A stretch of 38,638 nt of DNA from Thermoplasmata archaeon (GCA_030037265.1 JASHRQ010000013.1:1-38638); one strand, 5' to 3'. Shown: positions 1-7,708, counted from the stretch's first letter. Numbers and translations are program-made. The notes: generated by a model not told the origin, from the letters alone.

Positions 1-1467
1 GCCGGCGAGCTCCCGCCGCTGCCGGGCGCGGACCGCGGGCCGGTCGTGCTCCGCCTCGCGCCGTTCCCGTCGGGCGCCCTCCACATCGGCCACGCGCGGA
101 TGATCTTCCTCAACGACGCGTATCGCCGCCGGTACGACGGCCGCCTCCTGCTCGTGATCGACGACACCGTCGGCTCCGAGGACAAGCGCGTCGAGACCGA
201 GTTCTTCGACCTGATCCGGCAGGACCTCGACCGCTGCGGCGTCGTGCCGGACGAGGTGCTGTACAAGTCCGACCGGCTCGAGCACCACTACGCGTGGGCG
301 GAGCGCGTCATCGCCCGCGAGGGAGCGTACGTCTGCGTCTGCCCCGCCGACCTCCTGCGCGAGAACCGCCGGGCCGGCCTCGCCTGCGCCGAGCGGACGC
401 AGTCCGTCGGGGAGACCCGGACCGAGTGGCAGCGCATGCTGGCCGGGGAGTACGCCGCCGGCGCCGCGGTGCTCCGGCTCCGGACCTCGCTCGCCGACCC
501 GGACCCGGCGTTCCGCGACCGCGTGCTCTGCCGGATCAGCGACCTCGACCACCCGCGGGTCGGCCACCGGTACCGCGTCTGGCCGATGCTCGAGTTCTCC
601 TGGGCCGTGGACGACGTGGAGCTCGGCATCTCGCACGTCCTTCGGGGGAAGGACCTCGTGATCGAGGACCGGATGGAGGAGTTCCTCTGGCAGCTGCTCG
701 GGGTCGCCGGGCCGCCGTTCCTCCACTGGGGGATCCTGCGCGTGCGCGAGGCGAAGGTGGCGAAGAGCAAGGCGTACGTCGAGGTGAAGAGCGGGGTGTA
801 CGACGGCTGGGCCGACCCGCGCACCTGGAGCCTCCGGTCGCTCGACCGGCGCGGGATCTCGCTCGAGGCGCTCCGCGCGTTCACGCTGTCGTTCGGCCTG
901 TCGCTCTCCGACATCGAGGTGCCGGCGGAGACCCTGTACGCCGAGAACCGGGCGATCGTCGACGCGACCACTCCCCGCCGGCTGTTCGTGCCGGACCCGC
1001 GTCGGGTGCGCGTGCGGGACTACCCGGAGGGGCTCGCCCGCGTGACGCTCGCGAACCACCCCGAGCGCGCGGCGCTCGGCTCCCGGGAGGTCGTCGCGGG
1101 TCCGGAGTTCTGGCTCCCAGGCGCGGAGCTCGTCCGGCACGCCGGCGAGGAGATCCGCCTCAAGGACCTCCTCAACCTCCGGCTCCCGCCGTCGCTCGAG
1201 GGGGACTCGGACGGCGTCCTCGAGGCGCAGTTCGCCGGACGGGAGAACCGCCGGCTCCCCCGGATCCAGTGGGTCGGGGCCGGCGCCGCGGTACCGGTCG
1301 ACCTGCTCGAGGTGGACGGGACGCACCGCACCGGGCTCGGCGAGGGCGCGCTCGCCGCGGCCGTCCCGGGGGAGCGGCTCCAGCTCGAGCGGGTGGGATT
1401 CGTCCGCGTGGAGTCCGACTGGCCCGCCGGGACGACTCCGGTCCGGGTCTGTTACGGCCACCCGTAG
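1..1467 (+). CDS. gltX: Glutamyl-tRNA synthetase, archaeal/eukaryotic type (5'-partial; the frame is open back to base 1)
   Basis: Frame 1 is open from the window edge (AGELPPLPGADRGPVVLRLAPFPSGALHIGHARM). It has the class I HIGH motif, a KMSKS-like VAKSK, and GWADPRTWSLRSLDRRGIS, which is typical of archaeal GluRS. Stop codon at 1465-1467. Confidence 0.85.
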   Translation, partial: AGELPPLPGADRGPVVLRLAPFPSGALHIGHARMIFLNDAYRRRYDGRLLLVIDDTVGSEDKRVETEFFDLIRQDLDRCGVVPDEVLYKSDRLEHHYAWAERVIAREGAYVCVCPADLLRENRRAGLACAERTQSVGETRTEWQRMLAGEYAAGAAVLRLRTSLADPDPAFRDRVLCRISDLDHPRVGHRYRVWPMLEFSWAVDDVELGISHVLRGKDLVIEDRMEEFLWQLLGVAGPPFLHWGILRVREAKVAKSKAYVEVKSGVYDGWADPRTWSLRSLDRRGISLEALRAFTLSFGLSLSDIEVPAETLYAENRAIVDATTPRRLFVPDPRRVRVRDYPEGLARVTLANHPERAALGSREVVAGPEFWLPGAELVRHAGEEIRLKDLLNLRLPPSLEGDSDGVLEAQFAGRENRRLPRIQWVGAGAAVPVDLLEVDGTHRTGLGEGALAAAVPGERLQLERVGFVRVESDWPAGTTPVRVCYGHP

Positions 1468-1527
1468 CGCCCCGCCGCGGGGCGAGGGCTTCATAGCCCC
1501 GCGCCGCGCTGGGTGCGAGGGATTGCG

Positions 1528-1911
1528 ATGCGGTTCCTGCACACCTCGATCACCGCCAAGAACATGGACGACAGCATCCGGTTCTACTCGGAGGTGCTGG
1601 GGCTGACGCTCGAGCGCCGGCATCCGATACCGGAGAACCACGCCGAGATCGCGTTCCTGCACGACCCCGAGTCCGGCGGCCGCGTGGAGCTGACCCACTG
1701 GGAGGGGAAGACCGACTTCGACGCCGGGGAGCAGCTCGACCACCTGGCGTTCGAGGTGAAGGACCTGGACGCGTTCCTCGCGAAGGCGCGGGCGCACGGG
1801 GTCCGAGTGGCGAAGGAGCCGTTCCAGCTCCAGGGCGGGTCGAGCCGCCTCGCCTTCGTCTACGACCCCAACGACGTCTGGATCGAGCTCATCGAGAGCT
1901 CGAAGAAGTAA
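1528..1911 (+). CDS. VOC family protein / glyoxalase I-like (lactoylglutathione lyase family)
   Basis: MRFLHTSITAKNMDDSIRFYSEVLGL...HLAFEV...VYDPNDVWIELIE matches the glyoxalase/bleomycin-resistance fold signature. I prefer ATG 1528 over GTG 1513 because of the A/T box CTTCATAGC at 1489-1497. Confidence 0.8.
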   Translation: MRFLHTSITAKNMDDSIRFYSEVLGLTLERRHPIPENHAEIAFLHDPESGGRVELTHWEGKTDFDAGEQLDHLAFEVKDLDAFLAKARAHGVRVAKEPFQLQGGSSRLAFVYDPNDVWIELIESSKK

Positions 1912-1928
1912 GGGGGCCCGTCCCGGGC

Positions 1929-3218
1929 GTGTCGGGAGCTCCGGCGACCGCCCTCGCGTCCGCCGCGTCCCCCCGCGAGTCGCCCCGGCTGCTCCGCGCG
2001 GTGCTCGGCGCGACGTTCTTCATCCGGTTCGGGTTCGGCCTCACGGTCTCGATCTTCGCCTGGTACCTCGAGGGCCGGTTCGTCAACTTCAGCGCGACCG
2101 ACGTCGGCACCGTCGGGCTCGTGACGGCGCTCGCGCCGCTCGGCGAGTTCGCGACGGTCCTGTTCGCGGGGATGGCGGCGGACCGGTACGGGCGGTTCCC
2201 GGTCCTGCTCGCCGGCACCGGCGGGTCCGCGGTCCTGCTCGCGGCGATCTCGTTCACCCGGGCCGAGCTCGCGCTCGCGGGGACGAACCTCCTGTTCGGC
2301 GTCACGAGCGGGGCGATCCTGGCGTCGAGCCTCGCCGTGATCGGCGACCAGGCCGCCCGCCGGGAGCGGGGGTACGAGATGGGCCGCTTCGACGCGGTGA
2401 ACCTGCTGGGGTACGTCCTCGGGTTCGCGTTCGGCCTCGGGTCGCACGGGATCCTGTCGAACGCCCAGCTCCCGTGGCTGTTCCGCGCCGGGGCCGTGCT
2501 CCTGGCCGCGGGGTTCCTGTTCGCCGTCGGGTCGGCCCGGGGCCACCGCGAGCTCCAGGGCGCGGCCTCGTTTAGGCTCTGGGGGATCCGGCAGGCGGTG
2601 CTGCGCCGGGACGTCCTGTTGCTCACGATGCCATGGCTCGTGATCTACATGCTGCTCGGCACCGCGTTCGTCTTCCTCGGGACGGCCGCGACGAGCGTCG
2701 GGCTGCCCGGCTGGGAGGTGGCGGCGCTCATCGGGGCCGGCGGCTGCGTCCTCCTCCTGTCGCAGCCGTACTACGGACGGCTCTCCGACCGGTTCGGCCG
2801 GGTGCGGCTCCTGCTCGTGGGCACGGCCGGGTTCGTGGGGCTGCTCGTCTGCGGGGGGCTCGTGCCGTGGTACGGGGCGACGCCGGTCCTGCTCGCCGGC
2901 ATCGGCGTGAGCGCGGTCGCCGCGCTCGGCTACGGACCGGCGTCGCTCGCCTCGCTCGCGGACGCGAGCCGGGCGATGAGCCGGGGGACGACGATGGCCG
3001 TCTACTCGCTCGCCGTGAGCCTCGGGATGGTGCTGGGGCTCGCGCTCTCCACGGGGCTGTACAGCGCGCTCGGCTACGCGGGACTGGACCTGTTCTTCGG
3101 CCTGGTCGCCGTCGGGCTCGCCGCGTTCACGCTGGTCCGGTGGCGGGACCTTCGCCGGGGGGCCGCCGCGGGAGAGGCCGACCCGGAACCCGCCGGCCCT
3201 ACGACTCCGGCTCGATGA
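1929..3218 (+). CDS. MFS transporter
   Basis: Polytopic hydrophobic protein with an MFS loop motif (AADRYGRFPV). High G/C at third codon positions. Confidence 0.75.
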   Translation: MSGAPATALASAASPRESPRLLRAVLGATFFIRFGFGLTVSIFAWYLEGRFVNFSATDVGTVGLVTALAPLGEFATVLFAGMAADRYGRFPVLLAGTGGSAVLLAAISFTRAELALAGTNLLFGVTSGAILASSLAVIGDQAARRERGYEMGRFDAVNLLGYVLGFAFGLGSHGILSNAQLPWLFRAGAVLLAAGFLFAVGSARGHRELQGAASFRLWGIRQAVLRRDVLLLTMPWLVIYMLLGTAFVFLGTAATSVGLPGWEVAALIGAGGCVLLLSQPYYGRLSDRFGRVRLLLVGTAGFVGLLVCGGLVPWYGATPVLLAGIGVSAVAALGYGPASLASLADASRAMSRGTTMAVYSLAVSLGMVLGLALSTGLYSALGYAGLDLFFGLVAVGLAAFTLVRWRDLRRGAAAGEADPEPAGPTTPAR

Positions 3219-4083
3219 GCAGGTGCCGGATCTGGGGGAACGCGCCCCGGAGCGAGGCCGCGAGCTGGTCGATCGCGGTCTCGATCTCGTCGGTGGTGAG
3301 CCCGTCGAGGAAGTTGACGCGGATCGCGAGCAGGTAGTCCTCCGGACCGAGGACCATCGATTGGAGTCCCCGGACCCGGCGCACGTGCGGGTCGCGCTCG
3401 ACGAGCGCGAGCACCGCGCGCGCCTGGGCGGGGGAGATCGCCTTCCCGACCAGGAGGTCCCGGCTCTCCGCCGCGAGCACGAGCCCCGTCAAGACCATGA
3501 GCAGCCCGACGAGGAGCGCCGTGGCGCCGTCGACCCGAAACGCCCCGGTCCGGTAGACGACCAGCAGCCCCACGAACGCCACGACGCTCCCGACCCCGGA
3601 GATGAGGTCCTGGAGGAAGACCGTCTTCAGGCCCTGCTGCGTCGACCCGAGCAGGTCCGCCACCGTCGTCCGGTCCGCCCGAAGCTCCCGGAGCACGACC
3701 TCGATCCCGACGAGGCTCGCCGCGAGCGTCGCGGCCACGACGAGGAGCCCCTCCACGAGGTTGCCGACCGGGTGCGGGGTCACGAGCTGCTCGAACCCGG
3801 CGATGATCACGAACACGCCCGCGAAGGTGAACGCGACGAGCCCCGCGGAGAACGACCAGAAGAACCGCTCCTTTCCGTAGCCGAACGGGTGCTCGTGGTC
3901 CGGCGGCCGCTGCGCGGCGAGGAACCCCCAGAGCACCATCCCCCCGGCGAACAGGTCGCTGAGGCTGTACACCGCCTCCGAGAGGACCGTCCGGCTGCCG
4001 CCGACGAGCGCCACGGCGAGGTTGAGGACGAACAGCAGCACGTCGAGCGTCAGCGTGGCGGTGAAGACCAGCAGCGGCCGCAT
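3199..4083 (-). CDS. Cation diffusion facilitator (CDF) family metal efflux transporter
   Basis: LSEAVYSLSDLFAGG...HEHPFGYGKERFFWSF plus a C-terminal cytoplasmic domain, typical of CzcD/FieF-type CDF proteins. Its 3' end overlaps the convergent MFS gene by 20 nt. Confidence 0.85.
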   Translation of the reverse strand: MRPLLVFTATLTLDVLLFVLNLAVALVGGSRTVLSEAVYSLSDLFAGGMVLWGFLAAQRPPDHEHPFGYGKERFFWSFSAGLVAFTFAGVFVIIAGFEQLVTPHPVGNLVEGLLVVAATLAASLVGIEVVLRELRADRTTVADLLGSTQQGLKTVFLQDLISGVGSVVAFVGLLVVYRTGAFRVDGATALLVGLLMVLTGLVLAAESRDLLVGKAISPAQARAVLALVERDPHVRRVRGLQSMVLGPEDYLLAIRVNFLDGLTTDEIETAIDQLAASLRGAFPQIRHLLIEPES

Positions 4084-4150
4084 CCGTTCCGGCGGGTACC
4101 GACTCCCTGTCCCGACCCCTGGTGGAGCCGCCCGGGCAAGGACCGGGCAC

Positions 4151-4159
4151 CCTTAAGAC
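4151..4159 (+). promoter_or_regulatory. TATA-like box (CCTTAAGAC) upstream of bcp
   Basis: The only A/T-rich element in the GC-rich intergenic DNA, about 35 nt upstream of ATG 4192. Confidence 0.35.
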
Positions 4160-4191
4160 CCTCCGAGCCGGTCCTCCGCGGGGCGTATCGC

Positions 4192-4689
4192 ATGGCGGCA
4201 GTGAAGGCGGGCGTCGTGGCACCGGATTTCGAGCTCTCGTCCCACCAGGGGGGCACCGTACGGCTGTCGAACTACCGGGGGAAGTCGGACGTGGTGCTGT
4301 ACTTCTACCCGCGCGACAACACGAGCGTCTGCACCGCGGAGGCCTGCTCGTTCCGCGACCACCTGGGCGACTTCTCGTCCAAGGGGGCCCAGGTGCTCGG
4401 CGTCTCGGTCGACTCGGTCGACTCCCACAAGGCGTTCGCGCAGGGCAACCGGCTCAACTTCCCGCTCCTCGCCGACCCGGACGGCAAGGTCGCCGCGCTG
4501 TACGGCATCCTCGGTACCTTCCCGGACGGCAAGCCCGCGGCGCAGCGGGTCACGTTCCTCATCGACAAGAAGGGGGTCGTGCGCGAGGTGCAGCAGCTGT
4601 GGGACCTCAAGACCCCGATCAAGGACGTGCTCGAGTCGCATACCCAGACCGTCCGCGACCACGTGCCGGACCTCGCGGGCCGGGTGTAG
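4192..4689 (+). CDS. bcp: Peroxiredoxin, Bcp/PrxQ type (thiol peroxidase)
   Basis: APDFELSSHQGGTVRLSNYRGKSDVVLYFYPRDNTSVCTAEACSFRD...LGVSVDSVDSHKAFA. Has the T-x-x-C...C peroxidatic/resolving Cys context. The start is an internal ATG within the longer track ORF 3223..4689. Confidence 0.85.
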   Translation: MAAVKAGVVAPDFELSSHQGGTVRLSNYRGKSDVVLYFYPRDNTSVCTAEACSFRDHLGDFSSKGAQVLGVSVDSVDSHKAFAQGNRLNFPLLADPDGKVAALYGILGTFPDGKPAAQRVTFLIDKKGVVREVQQLWDLKTPIKDVLESHTQTVRDHVPDLAGRV

Positions 4690-4712
4690 GGCCGGACCCC
4701 GCTCGGACGAAC

Positions 4713-4721
4713 CGTTAAATC
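4713..4721 (+). promoter_or_regulatory. TATA-like box (CGTTAAATC) upstream of the aldolase gene
   Basis: A/T-rich hexamer 32-38 nt upstream of ATG 4752. Confidence 0.35.
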
Positions 4722-4751
4722 GGCCGCCCCGGTGGGCCGACCGGGGGAACG

Positions 4752-5717
4752 ATGGCCAAGGCGTCCAGCGCCCCGGCCGCCGCGCGCGCCGGCGGGGAAC
4801 GGACCGGCACTCTGCCGCGCCGCCCGTCGCTGGACTCGATGGGCCTCGGGGCCGGGAAGCGGGCCCGGCTGAAGCGGCTCCTGTACGACTACGGCCCCGG
4901 CGGGGGGACGATGCTCGTCCTCCCGATCGACCAGGGGCTCGAGCACGGCCCGGTCGACTTCTTCGCGAACCCGGAGTCGCTGGACCCGGACTACCAGTTC
5001 CGGCTCGCCCGGGACGGGAACTTCTCGGCGATCGCGCTCCATGTCGGCCTCGCGGAGAAGTACTACCACCGGTACGCCGGCGAGGTCCCGCTCATCCTGA
5101 AGCTCAACGGCAAGACCGGCGTGCCCCCCGACGCGGAGGCGTTCAGCGCGCTCACGGGACACGTCGAGGACGCGGTCCGGCTCGGCGCGGACGCCGTCGG
5201 GTACACCCTGTACGTCGGCTCGCCGTCCCAGGACCGGGACTTCGCCCAGTTCTCCCGGGTCCGGCTCGAGGCCGAGCGGTTCGGGCTCCCCGTGATCGTC
5301 TGGGCGTATCCGCGCGGCGAGGCCGTCGCGAAGAAGGGCGGCCGGGACAGCCTCTGGGCCGTCGACTACGCGGCGCGGGCGGCGCTCGAGCTCGGGGCGG
5401 ACGTCGTGAAGGTGAACTACCCGGTCGCGTCGGAGAAGGACCGGGACTCCCCGGCCCCCTACAACTCGCTCGCGCTCTCGGCGGACGCGGCGTTCCGCAA
5501 GGTCGTGGAGAGCGCGGGGCGCGCGCTCGTGCTCGTCTCCGGCGGCGAGCGGGTCGGGGACGACGCGCTGCTCGCCAAGGTCCGCTCGTCCATGGCGGCG
5601 GGCGCGACGGGCATCATCTTCGGCCGGAACCTCTGGCAGCGGCCGTTCGACGCGGCGCTCGAGCTCACGCGGAAGATCCATGCGCTCTTCGCGGAGTACG
5701 CCCAGCCGCTCCGCTGA
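4752..5717 (+). CDS. Class I fructose-bisphosphate aldolase, DhnA/FbaB (DeoC/LacD-like) family
   Basis: LVLPIDQGLEHGP, LILKLNG and ADVVKVNYP (Schiff-base Lys context) resemble FbaB/archaeal class IA aldolases. An ADH-synthase-like paralogue cannot be excluded. Confidence 0.75.
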   Translation: MAKASSAPAAARAGGERTGTLPRRPSLDSMGLGAGKRARLKRLLYDYGPGGGTMLVLPIDQGLEHGPVDFFANPESLDPDYQFRLARDGNFSAIALHVGLAEKYYHRYAGEVPLILKLNGKTGVPPDAEAFSALTGHVEDAVRLGADAVGYTLYVGSPSQDRDFAQFSRVRLEAERFGLPVIVWAYPRGEAVAKKGGRDSLWAVDYAARAALELGADVVKVNYPVASEKDRDSPAPYNSLALSADAAFRKVVESAGRALVLVSGGERVGDDALLAKVRSSMAAGATGIIFGRNLWQRPFDAALELTRKIHALFAEYAQPLR

Positions 5718-6243
5718 GGCCGGGCCCCCGCTCTTCGTCCTGGTGGTCGGCGAGGACCATCCGAGGGCGTGCACCGGCCGCCGGCTCCTGCGGGCCGGCC
5801 TCGCGAGCCCGTTCCGCCGGGGGCCGGGACGAGCCCCCGGACCGATCCTCCTCGACCCCCGCGCGACGGAGCCGCTCACGCCGGCCGACGCCGATCGGGT
5901 CCGACGGACCGGGCTGCTCGCCGTCGACTGCTCGTGGAACCGGCTCGACGAGCGGGGAGGGTTCGACCCGGCCCTGACCGCCCTCCGGGGACTCCCCCGA
6001 CGCCGGTTGCCGTGGCTGTTCGCCGCGAACCCGCAGCATTACGGGCGGCTGGCGGAACTCAACACGGCCGAGGCGCTCGCGGCCGCCCTCGAGGTCGTGG
6101 GGGAGGGTTCCCGCGCCGACCGGCTCCTCGGGACCTTCGCCGGGGGCGACGGGTTCCGGCCGCTCAACGCCGCGCTCCTCGCCGCCTATCGGGAGGCGAC
6201 CGGGCCGGACGGGCTGCGCGCGGCGGAGCGGGAGTTCTTCTAG
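5680..6243 (+). CDS. tsr3: 16S/18S rRNA aminocarboxypropyltransferase Tsr3 (DUF367)
   Basis: GEDHPRACTGRRLLRAG...LLAVDCSWNRL...LPWLFAANPQHYGRLAELNTAEALAAAL matches the Tsr3 family found in archaea and eukaryotes. The start is uncertain: ATG 5680 overlaps the aldolase 3' end by 38 nt, and the only later in-frame candidates are CTG 5740 and GTG 5743. Confidence 0.75.
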   Translation: MRSSRSTPSRSAEAGPPLFVLVVGEDHPRACTGRRLLRAGLASPFRRGPGRAPGPILLDPRATEPLTPADADRVRRTGLLAVDCSWNRLDERGGFDPALTALRGLPRRRLPWLFAANPQHYGRLAELNTAEALAAALEVVGEGSRADRLLGTFAGGDGFRPLNAALLAAYREATGPDGLRAAEREFF

Positions 6244-7148
6244 CTCCGGAGCGCGGCGGCGACGGTCCGTTCGGTCGCGAGGTGCACCACCGTGAGGTCG
6301 TCGGTCGACCGCACCGGGCGGTCCAGCGGGAGCCTCGCCGCGATCACGCCGCCGAAGCGCGCGTACACGCGGGTCGTGTGGAGGGTGAGGCACCGACGAC
6401 CGAAGATCGGCCGGCCGGTCAGGTCCGGGTCGTGTCCGCGGAGGAACACCGCGAGGTGGGCGGAGCCGAGGAAGCGGGCGAGCTCGGCCTCGTCGAATGC
6501 GGGCGACACTCCCCGGTCCATCGCCGCCCGCGTCGGGTCCCTCCAGAGCAGGTCGCCCAGCAGCTCCGGGTCCCGCGTGTCGAACCGGGACTCCCACGGG
6601 GTAGACCCCCGGCGGGGAAAGCCGCCATGGGCGAGGAACACCCCGGAGCCGGTGTACGCCGCGAGCGGTCCCCGCTCGAGCAGACCGAGCAGCCGGTCGT
6701 ACCGACCGGGGTTCGGCCCCCACCCGTCGGACAGCTCCTCCGGGAGCGAGTGGGGCTCGACCGGCAGCCACCGGACGCCCTCGTGGTTCCCGAGCACGAG
6801 GACGACCCGGTCGGGGAAGCGCGCCCGGAGGGAGAGCAGGTAGAGCGCGTTCACTACCGAGCCGCGGGGACAGTCCGCCGGGGACCGGTCGACGTAGTCC
6901 CCGAGGCCGACGAAGGCCCGTTCCCGAGGACGCTCGAGGAACCAGCGCGCCGCCTCCACCGTCGAGCGCCAGTCCCCATGCGTATCCCCGACGACGATGG
7001 CGTCGGTGGCCCCCGGTGGGGCGACGCGGGACAGCGTCGGGGCCGTGGGCACCCGCGCCTCGAGTTCGCCCAAGAACTCATCGAGCTCGGGGGCGGATGC
7101 GCCGGCCAGCGTGGCCGGGTCGACCGATTCCGCGGTGAGACGACCCAT
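6240..7148 (-). CDS. Ser/Thr protein phosphatase, PPP family metallophosphoesterase
   Basis: The GDTHGD, GDYVDR and GNHE motifs occur in the canonical order. Confidence 0.8.
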   Translation of the reverse strand: MGRLTAESVDPATLAGASAPELDEFLGELEARVPTAPTLSRVAPPGATDAIVVGDTHGDWRSTVEAARWFLERPRERAFVGLGDYVDRSPADCPRGSVVNALYLLSLRARFPDRVVLVLGNHEGVRWLPVEPHSLPEELSDGWGPNPGRYDRLLGLLERGPLAAYTGSGVFLAHGGFPRRGSTPWESRFDTRDPELLGDLLWRDPTRAAMDRGVSPAFDEAELARFLGSAHLAVFLRGHDPDLTGRPIFGRRCLTLHTTRVYARFGGVIAARLPLDRPVRSTDDLTVVHLATERTVAAALRS

Positions 7149-7195
7149 GGAGGACCTGCTGGCTCACGGCGGGCAGCCGGGTGCGGGGGGCCGGA

Positions 7196-7227
7196 GTTCC
7201 CGAGGACCGCCGTCGGGGCGGACCTCC
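7196..7227 (-). other. Putative 32-nt intron in the T-loop of tRNA-Leu (about position 59/60)
   Basis: TTCAAA is followed by GGAGGTCCGCC-CCGAC-GGCGGTCCTC-GGGAAC and then T-CCGGC. The insert forms a 10-bp hairpin with one mismatch. The exact splice junction cannot be fixed by eye. Confidence 0.55.
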
Positions 7228-7274
7228 TTTGAACCGGCGCATGCCCTAGGCAACAGGGTTCTAAGCCCTGCCTC

Positions 7275-7302
7275 GGTGGTCCCTCCCGGAAGGCCGGCAG
7301 GA
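7275..7302 (-). other. Putative ~27-nt intron in the D-loop of tRNA-Leu
   Basis: TCCTGCCGG-CCTT-CCGGGAGGGACCAC lies between the D-loop ...GGCCAA and the 3' D-stem GAG. It forms a GC-rich hairpin. Confidence 0.5.
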
Positions 7303-7349
7303 TTGGCCGAGCTGGAGCACCCCCGCGGTCGGACGGCAGGGAGCCCCCC

Positions 7350-7358
7350 GTCATAAGC
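7350..7358 (-). promoter_or_regulatory. TATA-like box (GCTTATGAC on the minus strand) for tRNA-Leu
   Basis: Centred about 28 nt upstream of the tRNA 5' end at 7326. Confidence 0.45.
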
Positions 7359-7362
7359 AGAG

Positions 7363-7469
7363 TAGCCCCGGCAGGAGTTCCGGCCCGGGGACCGTCCCGG
7401 TCCCCGGACGTTCGAACCTGCGTCGCGAGATCCAGAGTCTCGCATGATTGGCCACTACACTACGGGGCT
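7363..7469 (-). tRNA. tRNA-Gln(CUG), 107 nt, with a putative 34-nt intron in the T-loop; CCA not encoded
   Basis: Read on the minus strand: AGCCCCG/CGGGGCT acceptor (the A1:U72 pair typical of archaeal tRNA-Gln) plus A73; D-arm GTGT-AGTGGCCAA-TCAT; anticodon arm CGAGA-CTCTGGA-TCTCG; T stem GCAGG/CCTGC with TTCGAA..(insert)..T. Confidence 0.8.
7376..7410 (-). other. Putative 34-nt intron in the T-loop of tRNA-Gln (about position 59/60)
   Basis: TTCGAA is followed by CGT-CCGGGGACC-GGGAC-GGTCCCCGG-GCCGGAAC and then T-CCTGC. The core is a 9-bp perfect hairpin. Confidence 0.6.
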
Positions 7470-7495
7470 ACGCGGCGTCGAGGGGCGGAGCCGCC

Positions 7496-7502
7496 TCATA
7501 AC
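7496..7502 (-). promoter_or_regulatory. TATA-like box (GTTATGA on the minus strand) for tRNA-Gln
   Basis: About 30 nt upstream of the tRNA 5' end at 7469. It has the same TTATGA core as the tRNA-Leu box. Confidence 0.45.
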
Positions 7503-7708
7503 GGTTGCCGCGGCGCAAGACCGGAGGGTCTCGGCGCGCCCCGCTCACAGGCCGTGCCGCCGGACGGGAGACCGCGTCGCCGAGGTCCCGGCCCGCCGGG
7601 AATCGCGCGCGAAGTGAGAAATACTCTCGGGCGGTCGGCCGCCCCCATCGGGGGCCGGACCCCTCCGAGGAGCGTCGGGGTCTCCGAGAGGGCGGGGGGC
7701 CGGGTTCG

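Larger units (their letters stand above)
7182..7326 (-). tRNA. tRNA-Leu(UAG), 145 nt, with two putative non-canonical introns (D-loop and T-loop); CCA not encoded
   Basis: Read on the minus strand: acceptor GCGGGGG/CCCCCGC (7 perfect bp) plus discriminator A; U8; D-loop CAGCTCGGCCAA; anticodon arm CAGGG-CTTAGAA-CCCTG; long variable arm TGCC-TAG-GGCA; T stem GCCGG/CCGGC with TTCAAA..T. About 86 nt remain once the two inserts are removed. Caveats: C10:G25 and A37 are unusual. Confidence 0.65.

Noticed and set aside
7179-7181. Possible encoded CCA ends on the tRNAs (ACC-C after tRNA-Leu, ACC-T after tRNA-Ala)
   Set aside because: The third base is not A in either case, and tRNA-Gln is followed by CT. 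CCA is therefore presumably added post-transcriptionally, as is common in archaea.
7279-7300. A GGTCCCTCCCGGAAGGCCGGCAGG string on the plus strand, reminiscent of the SRP RNA helix-8 GGUCC-GGAA-GG..GCAG motif
   Set aside because: The flanking region is too short for an archaeal 7S RNA (about 300 nt) and lacks the Alu-domain and complementary helix-8 strands. The string is fully explained as the reverse complement of the hairpin insert in the D-loop of the minus-strand tRNA-Leu.
7505-7708. N-terminal extensions of track ORFs, for example TTG 7505 for the ABC permease, 3223 for bcp, 33677 for moxR, 19954 for pip, 21120 for the small membrane protein and 9369 for the AAA-associated protein
   Set aside because: The extended parts are Arg/Pro-rich, overlap other genes or tRNA promoters, and lack homology-like sequence. 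Internal starts fit the TATA-box spacing or the overlap-coupling pattern.
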